Positions 1 to 11,100 of a stretch of DNA of 64,000 nucleotides are shown piece by piece. The notes under the pieces are model-generated. The model ran no database searches. It was given only the letters and a program-made list of their open reading frames with translations, and was not told the DNA's origin. The stretch's first letter is position 1, and the number at the start of each line of letters is the position of its first letter. This stretch comes from Raillietiella orientalis (Eukaryota): NCBI GenBank assembly GCA_036172245.1, contig JAYWIR010000003.1, positions 4,030,001 through 4,094,000 of the forward strand, read 5' to 3'. The position numbers were made by a program, and so were the translations under genes.

Positions 1-7
1 CTGTAAG

Positions 8-310
8 GTGGGTGGGTGATCAAAAAGTCCTCGTTTGAACTTCCGCATTGTCTGGCATGCGCGGGCAGCAGCGTGCGTATGCCCTTTTGGTGGACTTTGT
101 GGATCCTGGGACAACCATCACTTCGCAGTTCCACTGTGGAGCACTTTCGAAACTGCGGCGTGCCATTCCGAACTGATGACGTGGAGTGTTCAGGAATTGT
201 TCCTATCCTTCTCCAAAACGCGCCCCTTGGCAACGCATGCTGTCCAGCACATTCCAGGCAATCCAGGAATTCGGATGGGAACTTTTCGATCACCCAGCTC
301 ACAGTCCTGG
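8..310 (+). mobile_element. Decayed mariner-family DNA transposon remnant (transposase catalytic-domain fragment)
   Basis: Frameshifted translations give LVDFVDPGTTI, KLRRAIPN and QAIQEFGWELFDHPAHSP, matching mariner motifs LVDFxxxGxTI / KLRRAIxxKR / FGWExxxHPPYSPDL; contains stops and frameshifts. Confidence 0.7.
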
Positions 311-429
311 CCGGAGATTTGATGGAAGCGGAATCGAACCATCCCGAACCGTGTGTTCGTGTTCTCCCTGAAAGCAGGTCAGCTGCTTTCAGGGAGAACT
401 GGGAGCTGTCACGGCAAGCCGCGAGGCAC

Positions 430-560
430 GCGACCGGCTCTGAGGTACTTAGCGAACCAAAAAAAAAGGAAAACTCTTAAAAAAAAAAAAAAAGCTGGAA
501 GGAAAACAGCGAAGACAGAAGAAAAAGGAGAACCCAAGGATTTCCATCGTCCTAGGCCAA
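430..560 (+). mobile_element. 3' tail-only fragment of the tRNA-headed SINE-like family
   Basis: GAACCAAAA...GCTGGAAGGAAAACAGCGAAGACAGAAG...CCCAAGGATTTCCATC matches the tails at 38650-38760, 45600-45700 and 54525-54626. Confidence 0.65.
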
Positions 561-739
561 AATAGTAACGATCTCCTCGTGGGGTCGCTACTCGCCTTTA
601 AAAAAACAAAAACAAAAGCAGCTGACCTGCAACACTGCGCTTCAAGACGAAAATTCACCCTTGCCGCCGTTTTTTTTTTTTTTTTTTCCTTCTGTGTGTA
701 CGTGCGTGCGTGCGTGTGTGTCTTTTGCGCCACGTTGTT

Positions 740-1950
740 CGCGGTGCGGACCGCATTCGCGTATTGGTGTTTCTTCACTCTGGATGCTGCCACCGAGCCC
801 TTCAGCTCTCACCTAATCACGAGATGATGGTGATGAGCATTGAGCGGGTGGAAATTGCACTTCGGGGAGGAACCAACTTTGAGGTCGTCCGCCGGCAGCC
901 GCGGCATGCCGTGCCAGCCAGTGGTTGGAAAGGAAGGAAGGAAGGAAGAATCGGCGGCTCTCTCCCTGCCTCGAACACCCAGCTAGACGCGCACTTGGCT
1001 TCCCGGAATGCTCTTGGATGAACCTCCCAAGGGAAACGGGCGTGTCCTTTTGGAAAGACTCGTTCCGTTCCCCGAAAGGCGCTGCAAAAAGCAGCCGGTG
1101 GGAAAGTTCAGCAGCCACTCGTGTGAGAAGAACCGCTTGAGCCGAACCCGACCTTCGACATAACCTTGCGGTGAACCCAGAAGCGTTTCGATTTCCGCCG
1201 CCATCTCAGTTTTTCGAGCTGGGGGAAGAATTTCTGGAAGATAATTGCTCCCGAAGCGTCCAAATCCCTCAAAAGTTCCGACGACCCCGGTTACAATCGC
1301 AATTCATCAATCATCACAATCATCTCTATTAAAAACAAGGCCATTTTTTCCACGAGGAGACATCAGCTGTATTGATCACAATGTGGACGGGCGGGCAGCG
1401 AACTTTGGAGCCGGGGTTGTTCCCGAAAAGCGATTTGCACCTTGGGGAGACAATGCCGTTGCGGAGCGCCGAAGCGCCGCCACGGGCCACGGAAGGTCTC
1501 CCGAGTATCCCGACAAAGAAGAACCCCCGGGTCAGAGGAGAAATGCCTCCGCTTCCGTCTTAGAAGAGAATTCGCAACCAGAGTCGCGCTCCGAGTTTTG
1601 GCCGCTTGCTAGGAGATCATGGGGGTAGGGAGGGAGTAGACCAGAAATTCCTTCCGGAATCCCTCGTTCCGAGCCTGCGCAATGAGCGACCGAAGAGGAT
1701 GGGGCTGAGGCTGGTGATTGCAGCTGGGAACGGGCGAGGCGAAGAGCTTAAGGAGTCGACCCCCCTTCTCGTGGATGCAGTGATGGATGGGGGTCGGGTC
1801 CATTGCAGAAGCTTCCTGAAACCCGGCAGATGGAGGACGAAACTCGAATCCGCTTCCCAGAGGAGATAAGCGCTTGCTGCAACCGTCGCTCGGTCTGCCT
1901 CTTCCTAATTGCCGCCATCCCATAGAGTTTAGATGGGATCGATAGAATCT
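740..1950 (-). mobile_element. Decayed Helitron-type PIF1 helicase fragment
   Basis: Colinear degenerate minus-strand motifs: ALISSGKRIRVSSS (cf. xRSxGKxxxAVASSG), SGYSGDLPWPV (cf. GDFRQxLPV), LLFAAPFGERNE (cf. RAILAPxN), HGMPRLPADDLKVGSSP (cf. PGMPPHxLxLKVGxP); many frameshifts. Confidence 0.55.
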
Positions 1951-2375
1951 TGTTCTCGCTCTCGCGATTGCCCTGATTCACCAGATAAGTAGATAAAATG
2001 CAGCCGAGCTACTGCTGCGCTAGGAAAACGCAGGCGAAGAGGTTCCGCAATGGATCCACGGACGTAAACGGAAGTCCGTCCGGCCAATGCCACCTTGATG
2101 GAGCCCCGCTGTACGCACGCACGCAAGCGTGGAACGCAGCCGCGGAAGACGCGGGCTTTTCCGGCAGGATTTGCCAAGCGCCCAGATGCGCGTACGTGCG
2201 GGCGCTCGAAAGGGAAGTGCAGGGACTTCCGCGAATGCATCTTCCGCTCTTCGCAAAGAGCACGTGTGTGCGCGCGCTTCCCTCTCTCTGGAAGGCGGGC
2301 TTCGTGGGAGCGGGCCGGAATCGCCGCCGGCGATCGAATGGAAACGTCGCCGTCCCACCCCGTAATCGAGGGACC

Positions 2376-2510
2376 GCTCTGGCGACCGCGTGGCGCCATG
2401 CGTCGAGGGAAGGATCGACGGCAGAGAAATGGGAGTGCGTCGTGGGTTTCGACCTCCCCCCAGCAAGATGACTCTAGTTGGTCCATTCGGCTGCACTGGT
2501 AGTGGTGGAA
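2376..2510 (+). mobile_element. 5' head-only fragment of the SINE-like family (B-box deleted)
   Basis: GGAAGGATCGACGGCAGAGAAATGGGAGTGCGTCGTGGGTTTCGA...GTTGGTCCATTCG aligns with 53915-54000 and 44305-44400. Confidence 0.7.
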
Positions 2511-3215
2511 AAGAGGAAGGGAGGAGATGCAGCTCTCTCCTGCCCCGCTGCTCGCCCCTCGGCCGCTCACCCGTGGAAACGGGCGCGTGGCGTTTCTCCT
2601 CGACCGAGGCTCGGGCACGGCGGAGCAGCCCGTCCTTGCTGCAGGGAGGTGGGGGAGGACGGCCGTCGCCGCCGCAGGTCCACGACCAAGCAGTCCGCTG
2701 AACTCCTCGGGGTACGGGAGCGAACTGAGACGGATCTCCTGGTCCCGGATTTCGGTAGATCCAGGAACGGCGGAGCCTGGGATGCTAGAGGAGCCGCGCG
2801 AGAAGCGTACCCAAAGGGCTGAACGTTCCGCGAGGAACAGGTAGAGGGACGTACGCGAGAGGTCTCGGCTACAAGAAAGGGAAAGTGAACCAATCAGTCG
2901 CCCTGAGCGAAACGCCGAAGTCGGGGGGGAGGTCCACTGAAGAGGGGAAACATCGATTGAAGGCGACGTTAACGCGGAAGGGGGCGTCCATCACTTGGCA
3001 GCGTGCCCAAACGTACCCGTGCTGCTACGGGCGAGCGCAAAGCCCCCCCATTTCTTCTTCCTTCTTTTCTTTATTGAGCAGTCTTCCCAATGCGTGGTGC
3101 AAAAAAGAGTTCTGCGGGTATCTCGCACAGATGCAAGAGGATGGATGCTGGACAGGAACACAAGCTGGCTGCAGACCGTTCGCTTCCCGAAATGCAGCTG
3201 CGTTCGGGAAGCGAA

Positions 3216-3640
3216 CGTCCCTGGATTGCCGCCCGGGTGCGCCGGGGAGTTCATTTCATATAAAAAATAAACATTTACAGTCCCTGTGGTTGGACCACAG
3301 GTCCAACCACGTCCTTTCTTATCAAACCTGTCGCGTTATCGGTGCGCAGACCGGTGAGGTCCGCCATGGCAGCAGAGGGGAGGGGCGAACAAAAAGAAAA
3401 AAATAAATTAATAAACTTGGGGAGGGCGGGAAGGGGTCACGTTCTACTGAGCGTGGTCCTCTGCATCCTGTCGAGGATGCCGGCAAGCTCCTCCCGCATG
3501 CTGTCCTTCAGGTGGGGTCATCTTGTTGCCATTCTCAGGAAGCGCACGGCGAAGTGGATGTTGCACCCCTGTCGCTGTGCCCTCCTCTTGCGTCGCTCCA
3601 GGCCGCCACAATTCCGCGGTCCAGAATCTTCCGCATGATA
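3216..3640 (-). mobile_element. L1/Tx1-type LINE 3' end (copy T1)
   Basis: ORF2 C-terminus ...IHFAVRFLRMATR.PHLKDSMREELAGILDRMQRTTLSRT* plus a 3' UTR highly similar to 9721-10010. Upstream 3640-4550 may be more LINE-derived sequence. Confidence 0.75.
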
Positions 3641-4616
3641 ACATCTGAAACGGATTCCACCGAATGGAAGACCTGATCTCTGCCGGGAAGAACACTCCGT
3701 TCCATATGAGGGCATCGCCGACAGCGAAGGAGCGCTTCAGCTCGGCGGCGCTTCCCATCCGCTGTAGGTGATGGCAACTATCGTGCAACAGAGCAAGCCG
3801 CCCCTCATGTGGCAACCGGGAGCAGGCCATTAGACGACCGAGGCGATGCCGCAGACCCCGTGCTTCCGTTCCGTAGATCCCGGACCATGACCGCATGGCC
3901 GCAGGAGACTCTTCGGACCACGGCGAAGGGGCCCTCCGCCTCGCGGAAAGGAGGCAGTGCCACCGCGGCCGCCGCTGCGCCTTCCTTTGGACCTTCAGGA
4001 GCGTCCCCCTGCACCGTACGCTCACCGACATTGGTATGGCTCCTCTTGCCGGATCTAAGGAACCTCCGCGGTCTTGCAAACCGAGGTCCAGTGCAGAGGG
4101 AGCCCAGTGTCTCTCTGGATGCTCGCTCAAGAAGGGGGGAGAAAAGGAGATGTAGTTCAGCTGCGCACCCCCATAATGAGCTGCGGAGTCGCACGCTAAC
4201 GAAGAGGAAGCGACCTACGGCCGGTGAGGGGACCCCACGGAACGCGACAGGTCTTCGGATGGGCTGCTCGCAGTGGGAAACCGAAACCGCCTCCAGGATC
4301 GAATGATCTCCAAGAGACGGGGAAGGGAGCTGAGTGCTCAGCAGGGTTGCCCCATGAACGGTGCTTGGCAACCCCTTCCCAGCGAAATGGTCGTATGCTC
4401 GCGACAATCCTATCCCAGGTCGCGCAGAAAGTAGGCTGCTTGCCGCGAACCCGTTCCTCCCCCGTGGACGTTGCCGGTGAATCCAGCCGTTTCCCTTGCG
4501 ATTGCACGTCTTCGGTCCACTGGCAGCGAATGCTCCAGAAAAAGAGGACTCCAAAAGCTTCTAAGTGGGACCGGGAACGCTCGGAGGAGGGGGGGGGGGG
4601 CACCGCGAAGTCTGCC

Positions 4617-6185
4617 CGCGTTGGTAGCCACGCGGCTACGTGTCTCCGCGCCTGGCGCCACCAACGTCGCGGGTTCGAACCCTGCCCGGGGAAGGAAGGA
4701 TCGGCGCCGAGAACGGGGATGAGTCATGGATTTCAATGTCCTCCTTCCCACAGGATGGCACTGGTTGACCTATTGGGGTGCACCCGGTCAAGCCGGGGCG
4801 TCTATTGATAAAATAAACCTTCATGTCGGTAGCAGGACGTTTGATCCTGCCACGTTACCTATAAAAACGAGAAGGAACCTGCCGGGAACTGGCAGGTAGG
4901 CCAGCGAGGTTCGCCTCGGCAGAACGGGGGAAGGGGAGACAAACAAAAGCAAAAAAATAAAACAAAAGACATACAGTCAAAAAATGGGGGAGGGGGATTC
5001 GGGAAGGGACCGCTGTGTGCTGGAGGGTGTCCTCTGCATCCTCGTAAGGATGCCGCCAAGTTCCTGTTTCATGGTTCCCAGACGGGGCCATCTTGATACG
5101 CCATCCTCATGAAAAGGACAGCAAAATAGATGGCGTCCTTGTCGTTCTGTCCTCCTCTGGTGTTGTTCCATGCAGCCACGGTCCCGCCGCGTGGGCAGCA
5201 CAGTGCTGACAGCGATGCGGCCGGCGCGAGGTTGTCGTGCGGCAAGAGGTGTTTTCAAACGTCTCTGAAACTGTCACCAGGGGGTTCCAAGGGTCGCGGC
5301 GAAGAGTCCTCAAAGGGATCGGAGGGCAACACAATCCACTAAGAGGTGCGGAAGGAATTCGCGCTCCCCACACCTTGCACAGTTTATGTCCACCTCCTTC
5401 CTCCTTGTCCACAGATGCCGGCGGGCGTTGCATGGGGGACCCCAATGCAGCAGCATCAATACCGACTCCTACCACTTTAAGGGGAGAGTGCGGGTGTTCA
5501 TGAGCACCGAGGGTCGCTGCAGGTCTTCTTCCTCCGAGAGAGGAGAAGGAAGGGAGGAAGAAGGCACTAGTGGAAGCCGGAAACCCCCGGCTGCCTCCGT
5601 TGACTGACCGGGATTGGAAGTTGACCCTCCGGGGTCCTTCCAGGAACCCAAGAGGTCCTTCGGAGTTCCCCTCCGGTTGTGCAAATGGAGATGGTCGATG
5701 CCTTCTCGGGGGGTTGTCCCTCTCGAGTGTAAGGAGCACGCTGCTCCCTTCGAGGAACGAGCCCTCCAGAGAAATTTGAAAGCGTCCCTTCGGGATTCCC
5801 TTCAGAGGAGCTCAGACAAGACAAGGGGTGGTTTCCTTGCGGGCAGTCCCTCCGGAGAAGAAATTCCAGGAGCGGATTCTTTTCGGATTCCCTTCGAAGA
5901 AGAAACGAGGAGCGGCTTCCCCTTCGGGGGATCCCTCTGGAGAGAACAAGGGAGAGGTTCCCTTAGGGGTTCCCTCCCAAGCGTAAGAGGAACGGACTCC
6001 TTCCTCTGGAGCCTTTTTGGATTCATAGGGTGGTCCCTCCGGTGTTAATCCCTTTGACTTGAAGAGTCCACACACCCTCGGGTGGCGTGGAGGGCGTTAA
6101 CGAGCTTCGTGACCACATTTCCCCTTCCCACTAAGAAGGGGTGCGGTGCAGCACTCCGCGAGAACCAAAAAAAGCAAAAAACGAT
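4617..6185 (+). mobile_element. tRNA-headed SINE-like element, split by a LINE insertion (4617-4780 + 5563-6185)
   Basis: B-box GGTTCGAACCC at 4672-4682; the body resumes at 5563 where the contiguous copy at 44390 reads GGTGC|GGCACT; internal ~40-bp hairpin units; A-rich tail. Confidence 0.8.
4781..5562 (-). mobile_element. L1/Tx1-type LINE 3' end (copy T2) nested in the SINE
   Basis: Minus-strand translation LLHWGPPCNARRHLW..DINCARCGEREFLPHLLVDC (zf-RVT-like CxxC..H...C) and KQELGGILTRMQRT; shared 3' UTR hairpins. Confidence 0.8.
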
Positions 6186-7076
6186 GAAAGGAACGGCGCA
6201 CACTTGTCTGCAACCGGACCGTTCCTGGGTGCAGCTCCAGACCGAGACCGAACCTGGTACGGCAAGGGAAAAACAGAATTTACGTACTGGATGTCTCCTG
6301 CCCCTTCGAGAATACGGAAGAAGCATTTCGCCTTGCAAAGATGGAGAAAGAAGGGAAATACAGTGGTACCTATGTACCCGACAGTTTCGGAACTCGTCAA
6401 ACTCGCTACTCGTCGCATCATGAGGAAAAAATGTTTCAGCACTCGACAAATGCTCTAAACTGGACACCCTGGCTCTCATGATGAAACAAGTGAACGCTCC
6501 AGTCTCGTAGTACCTTGCGAACAGTGTCCAACACTTCCACAGAGCGCCTTCTGAATCGTTCCTTTTTGTGTGCTTTCTGTGCACTTCAAGCGCTAATCAT
6601 GCGTCCCGAAAAAATAGTTCGATACTCATCTGTTTCAGCACTCGCCACGAGTTTCGGAACGAATTACCGACGAGTACCGAGGTATCACCGTACCAGGGGA
6701 GCAGAAGATGCAGCTCCAGAAGATGGAACACCAGACTGAAGTCAGAGCCACAATGTTCGGCTCGTCGGGAACCTGGGATCCGCGAAACGACGCAGCACTT
6801 AGCGAGACCGGCATCTCGAAATGGTATGCAGAAAACACGAGGCATCTGACCGTGGCCTCTCACATCCAACACAGCAGAGATGTTTATTGGACGCGCCGTC
6901 TTGGTCACCCCTCCAGGCGACGCCATGAAGAAAAAGGAAAAGGAAAACAAAGTAGAAGAAAGGAAGACCTCACCTGCCAATAATTAAATGATGAAGCCAG
7001 CGAAAATAGACAGGGAGATACGGGAGAGACCTCCCCTTCATTTCTTGTAGACCTTGTAAAATATAGTTGAAATAAA
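6186..7076 (+). mobile_element. 5'-truncated Utopia/NeSL-clade non-LTR retrotransposon (restriction-like endonuclease domain + 3' UTR)
   Basis: NRTVPGCSSRPRPNLVRQGKNRIYVLDVSCPFENTEEAFRLAKMEKEGKY (RLE PD..D..PFEN..K..KY motif). After the MITE it continues as GSSGTWDPRND..GISKWYA..RHLTVASHIQHSRDVY..GH. Ends in AATAAA (7071-7076) abutting U2 sequence. Confidence 0.85.
6361..6690. mobile_element. Tc1/mariner-superfamily (pogo/Tigger-like) MITE, 330 bp
   Basis: TA target-site duplication (6359-6360, 6691-6692); imperfect terminal inverted repeats CAGTGGTACCT / AGGTATCACCG; interrupts the KY codons of the Utopia endonuclease. Confidence 0.75.
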
Positions 7077-7136
7077 TCTGTTCTTATCAGCTTACTATCT
7101 GATTATTCTCCCATCTGGTGGCCAGCATATTAAACT
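7077..7136 (+). pseudogene. U2: U2 snRNA fragment (approx. U2 nt 39-97)
   Basis: TCTGTTCTTATCAGCTTACTATCTGAT...ATATTAAACT matches U2 stem IIa/IIb. It starts right after where the GTAGTA branch-recognition motif would be and lacks nt 1-38 and the Sm site. Confidence 0.85.
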
Positions 7137-7199
7137 ACCTTTCCATGAAAGGTGTGGGTCTGCCCACACCTTTCACGCGCTCATGTGAGCCATCAGGCG

Positions 7200-8010
7200 T
7201 CGATAAAGACGAACGGGGGGAGGCATTCCAGGATTTCAAACCTGCCGCACCCATAAAAGCGAACCCCTGGAGGCCGCTAGCGTATCGGTTGGAAGATTCG
7301 CCCTGCTGCACCGTCAGTTCCGCGCCACAGCCGTCCTCTCGCAGGGTCGGAGCTTCTTCCACTCTGAGAAGGAGATCAGGAAGTGCCAGGTCCGCAGCCG
7401 CGAATTTGTGGAGCCCTCCCGCCCTCAGCCGACTCGCTTGTGACCCGGAGCGTCGCCGAAGCACGCGACTCCAAGAGGCGAAGGATAACGCTAGAGGGCC
7501 GCTGCGGAGGTTTCCTGCAGGGACGGCTCGCGGCAGACATCTCGCGGCCCGATGCACTCCCACGAGACGAAAGCAGGGTCCTCCCGATCGAGCTGTCCCA
7601 CGAGAAAAATTCTGGAGATGCACGAAGATGATCATCTCTGATCTCGATGGTGGAGAGGGAGAGAGAGAGGGATTAATAACATTTGCTTGTCCGGAGAAAT
7701 GTTCTTGTCCAAGCCACAAATCGAACGACCATCGGATGGAGAGTTCATTCCAGGCTCTCCCATCTGAGTTCCGACGTCCAGATACGTCTATCTCCCGATC
7801 TATCATATGCCCTCAGTAAGGGACATTCATATGGTTCGAAGGCCCCTCCTCCCAGCAACTTGGCGGGAGCTCATCAGAGCGAAATGAAGTTGGCCATTTT
7901 TCCGAAAGCACATTACTCTTAATGTTGGTTGGATCGAGGGGTGGCCGAACCCCCTCCCCGTAAGCGCAGTCGTTCGATTCTCTGATCCCCTCGCAGGGTC
8001 GCCTTCTTCG
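7200..8010 (-). mobile_element. Probable decayed LINE reverse-transcriptase fragment
   Basis: Weak degenerate RT-like motifs on the minus strand (GEGVRPPLDP, SDGRAWNEL); clade not determined. Confidence 0.3.
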
Positions 8011-9720
8011 ACGTTCCTGGATTCTCACCCGAGTGTGCCAGGGTGCTTATTTATATAAAAAATAAACACACAGGTCAGTGGCAGGACGCTTAGTCCTGCC
8101 ACGTCATGAATATACTAAAAGGAATCTGGCGAGAACCGCCATGCAGACCGGATAGGTTCACCTCGGCAGCAGAGGGGAAGAGGAAACAGCAAAACAGAAA
8201 AATAAAACAAAAAAATATATAAAGAAAAATTGGGAGGGTTTGGGAACGGATCACCTGGTGCTGGAGGGCGTCCTCTGCATCCTTGTAAGGATGCCAGCAA
8301 GTTCCTGTTTCAGGTTCCCAGATGGGGCCATCTTGACGCTATCCTCATGAAGAGGACGCCAAAATAGATAGCGTCCCTGTCGTCCTGGCCTCCTGTGGCG
8401 TTGCTCCGTGCAGCCACGATCCCGCTTAGGCAGCACAGTGTTGCTGGGGATGCTGCCAGCATGATGGCGTCGCGCAGGAAGAGGCTCTTCAGGAGGTTTC
8501 TGGGGTCGCCCTCGGGAATCCGCAAGGAAAAGCGTTCCCGATGGGGCGGAGGGCCACACAATCCACGAGCAGGTGCGGGAGGAGCTCTCTTTCGCCACAC
8601 CTGCTGCAGTTGGGGCTCGCACTCACTACCTCCGTTCCAATGGTGTCGGCGGGCGTGGCACGGAAAACCCGAATGCAACAAAAGGATCACCCACTCCTGC
8701 CACTTTAGGGGGGAGGTTGCACTGCTCCAGCCCTCCAGCACGCTGGGGGCCACTTCACCTCCTCTGGAGGAATTTCTAGTAGCTCTCCCCAGCGTAGAAA
8801 TCCTTTCAGAGGGACACTTGCGGAGGCAGCATCTGTCAGATTCCGAGTTATCCACGCATTTAGATGTTTTCTTCTATTTTCGATAGTGCGCGTCACCTTC
8901 CTCTATGCCAGAAGATCGCTGTCCCTTGCTTCCAGTAGAGAGGGCAGCACTGGGGTCAGGGAGGCGAACGACGCCCAAAGCAGATTCCTGTTGTTACCCA
9001 GGATCTCCCTCAATGACTGACGAGTGTATTTGCTGTTTCGTAGGCAGATGAACTCTGCCCCTCGCTCGTGCCGTTGATTTTACCCCATGAGAAAGCGAAT
9101 TCCTACAGCCAAGTAGCCCAGTTCGCGGGGAGTATGGAGATCCAGGAATTCCTTCGGACTAAGACAACATTTGGCGAAGTTGATAGCCAAGGTGGTTCAA
9201 ACTTCGCTTGGTGGCATGGCGACCGAAGTCAATCTCTCGCAGCCGGCTGCTCGCTTGGCGAGGATTCTTGATGGGGCGCACAAGGCGTAGTCCAAAGCTT
9301 GGAAGACCAGTGCGAGTTTTCGGAATTGGAGCTGACGCTCCATCTTCTGCAGCGTAAGAAGACCACCATGCTTACGTGGAGCCCAAAGGTCCTTTAATCA
9401 CACTCTGGACTTCTCTGTGCCCTACAGGGCTTTTCTGAGGTCTTCGTTCCACCTTTGGATGCATGTAGGGGTGCGACAAGCAAAAAGCAAGAGGCGGAGG
9501 AGGAGAACCGCTAACGCGTTCCACATCGCGTCCCGTTCCGGCAAGTGAAACCTGCCATTTTGGAACTGGCCGAGGGCCATTTCCACTTTTTGGAGACGGT
9601 CAGACCAGGGTTCTGCTATGCAGAAGTCCTCCAACAGAACGCTAAGGTACTGCAAGTACCTGCCCGTCGGATTCCCCAAGCGGATCCAGTACGGCCGTCC
9701 GGCCCACGCTGCACAATCTC
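8011..9720 (-). mobile_element. 5'-truncated L1/Tx1-type LINE (copy T3): RT thumb, zf-RVT, 3' UTR
   Basis: QYLSVLLEDFCIAEPWSDRLQKVEMALGQFQNGRFHLPERDAMWNAL (cf. YLGV..W..KV..L..W..R.L) at 9422-9670; SPNCSRCGERELLPHLLVDC; DRDAIYFGVLFMRIASRWPHL..KQELAGILTRMQRT. Confidence 0.8.
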
Positions 9721-10440
9721 GGTGGTTGGACCAGTGGTCCAACCACGTCCTTTTCAGATCAAACCTGCCGCGTTATTGGTGCGCAGACTGCTGAGGTCCG
9801 CCACGGCAGCAGAGGGGAGGGGCGAACAAAAAGAAAAAAATAAATAAATAAACTTGGGGAGGGCGGGAAGGGGTCACGTTCTACTGAGCGTGGTCCTCTG
9901 CATCCTGTCGAGGATGCCGGCAAGCTCTTGCCGCATGCTGTTCTTCAGGTGGGGCCATTTTGTCGCCATCCTCAGGAAGCGCACAACGAAGTGGATGTGG
10001 CACCCCTGTCGGGCCTCCCTCTTGAAACACAATCCCGCGTAGGCAGCAGCAGAGAGCTGCTGGCGAGGCTACCGGCCGAACGGCGTTGCGTAGAAGGAGG
10101 GGGTCGTGAAGCGTCCCTGCAGTTAGTTGCCTCCAGAGGCTCCTAAGGTCGCGGCGAAGCGTTCCCAGAGGAGCCGGAGGGCAACGCAATCCGCAAGTAG
10201 GTGCGTGAGGGATTCGCGCTCCCCTCACCTGCCACAGTTCGGGTCCGTCCCTTCCCTCCGTATCCAGTGACGCCGACGGGTGTTGCACGGGAGGCGCCTG
10301 TGTTTGGAGGTGCTGCTTGTCTGACGAGGTTCTCAGCGAGGAAGTTCTCACCTCAAGCGCGTCGCGTTCAGGTGACAGGCGCGCTCCCTGCTGAGCCACT
10401 GAGGACGAAAAGCAGCGCCCATTGCGGACCCCGGGGGGAA
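9721..10440 (-). mobile_element. L1/Tx1-type LINE 3' end (copy T4)
   Basis: HRRLPCNTRRRHW..DPNCGR.GERESLTHLLADCVAL..WPHLKNSMRQELAGILDRMQRTTLSRT*; 3' UTR highly similar to copy T1. Confidence 0.8.
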
Positions 10441-11100
10441 GCTGAGCAAAGGAGGGAGGAAAAATCGATCCCCGTTGAAGGGAAGAAGCAGTAAGCGAGG
10501 TCGAAACTACCCCTCGGTCCCCTCCCGCCATGGTCCGGATGCTGTCCGCAGCACGAGCGTAGGTATCCTGTCTCCACCTGCACCGGCTCGCGCCACCGTC
10601 CCCTTCGGCGTCTCGAGCGGATGAGGAAAGTGTCCGGAAGCGGAAGCGGCGGCGGACTCCAAGGCGGGCGTAGGGGTACCCTGGAGGTTGGTGGGTTTCG
10701 AGATGGCAGGACGGTGCCTTGTCCGTGGACGCGCTTCCCTCCTCCTTGCTCGGAGCCCGCCGATGCGGTTCGCTCCCCGACACCCCTCGCGAGGATCCGA
10801 CGCGAGCTCACGCCGCAGCCGCCAACTCTGAGCGCGCACCTCTTCGGCCATCTTCCGACCTCTCGGCAATGAGCGGCTTTGGAGGACGCCGAATCGGCGC
10901 CCCTCCGAAAGCGACGCGCCGTCTTCGCCTCCTTCGTCGTCGCTTGCGCTCCTGCCGAGGAACCGGCTGGAACCTCCGACCGCGTGTACGGAGGCCGCCG
11001 CGCTCTCGGGTCAGCCCACGCACCCGCGGCCATCCGGAAATTCCGAGGTGCTCCCACGACGCTGGAATCTGAACGTTCCGTCGTCCCTTGTTCCCTGCGG
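10441..11100 (-). mobile_element. Probable decayed LINE ORF1 (gag-like) fragment
   Basis: GC-rich; degenerate similarity to I/Jockey ORF1 (PPGYPYARLGVRRR followed by Cys/His residues); heavily frameshifted. Confidence 0.35.

Noticed and set aside
3005..3040. Helitron 3' terminus (CCCGT..ACGGG hairpin on the minus strand)
   Set aside because: No CTRR end at the expected distance.
5740..5990. ~40-bp palindromic repeat units as a CRISPR array
   Set aside because: Units are contiguous and degenerate with no unique spacers, lie inside a dispersed element, and the context is eukaryotic with no cas genes.
6361..6690. N-terminal zinc fingers of Utopia (Cys-containing frames such as PCEQCP)
   Set aside because: The segment is bounded by TIRs and a TA duplication and splits the endonuclease motif, so it is a MITE.
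7077..7136. Functional U2 snRNA gene
   Set aside because: Lacks the 5' 38 nt including the branch-recognition sequence, the Sm site and the 3' stem-loops.
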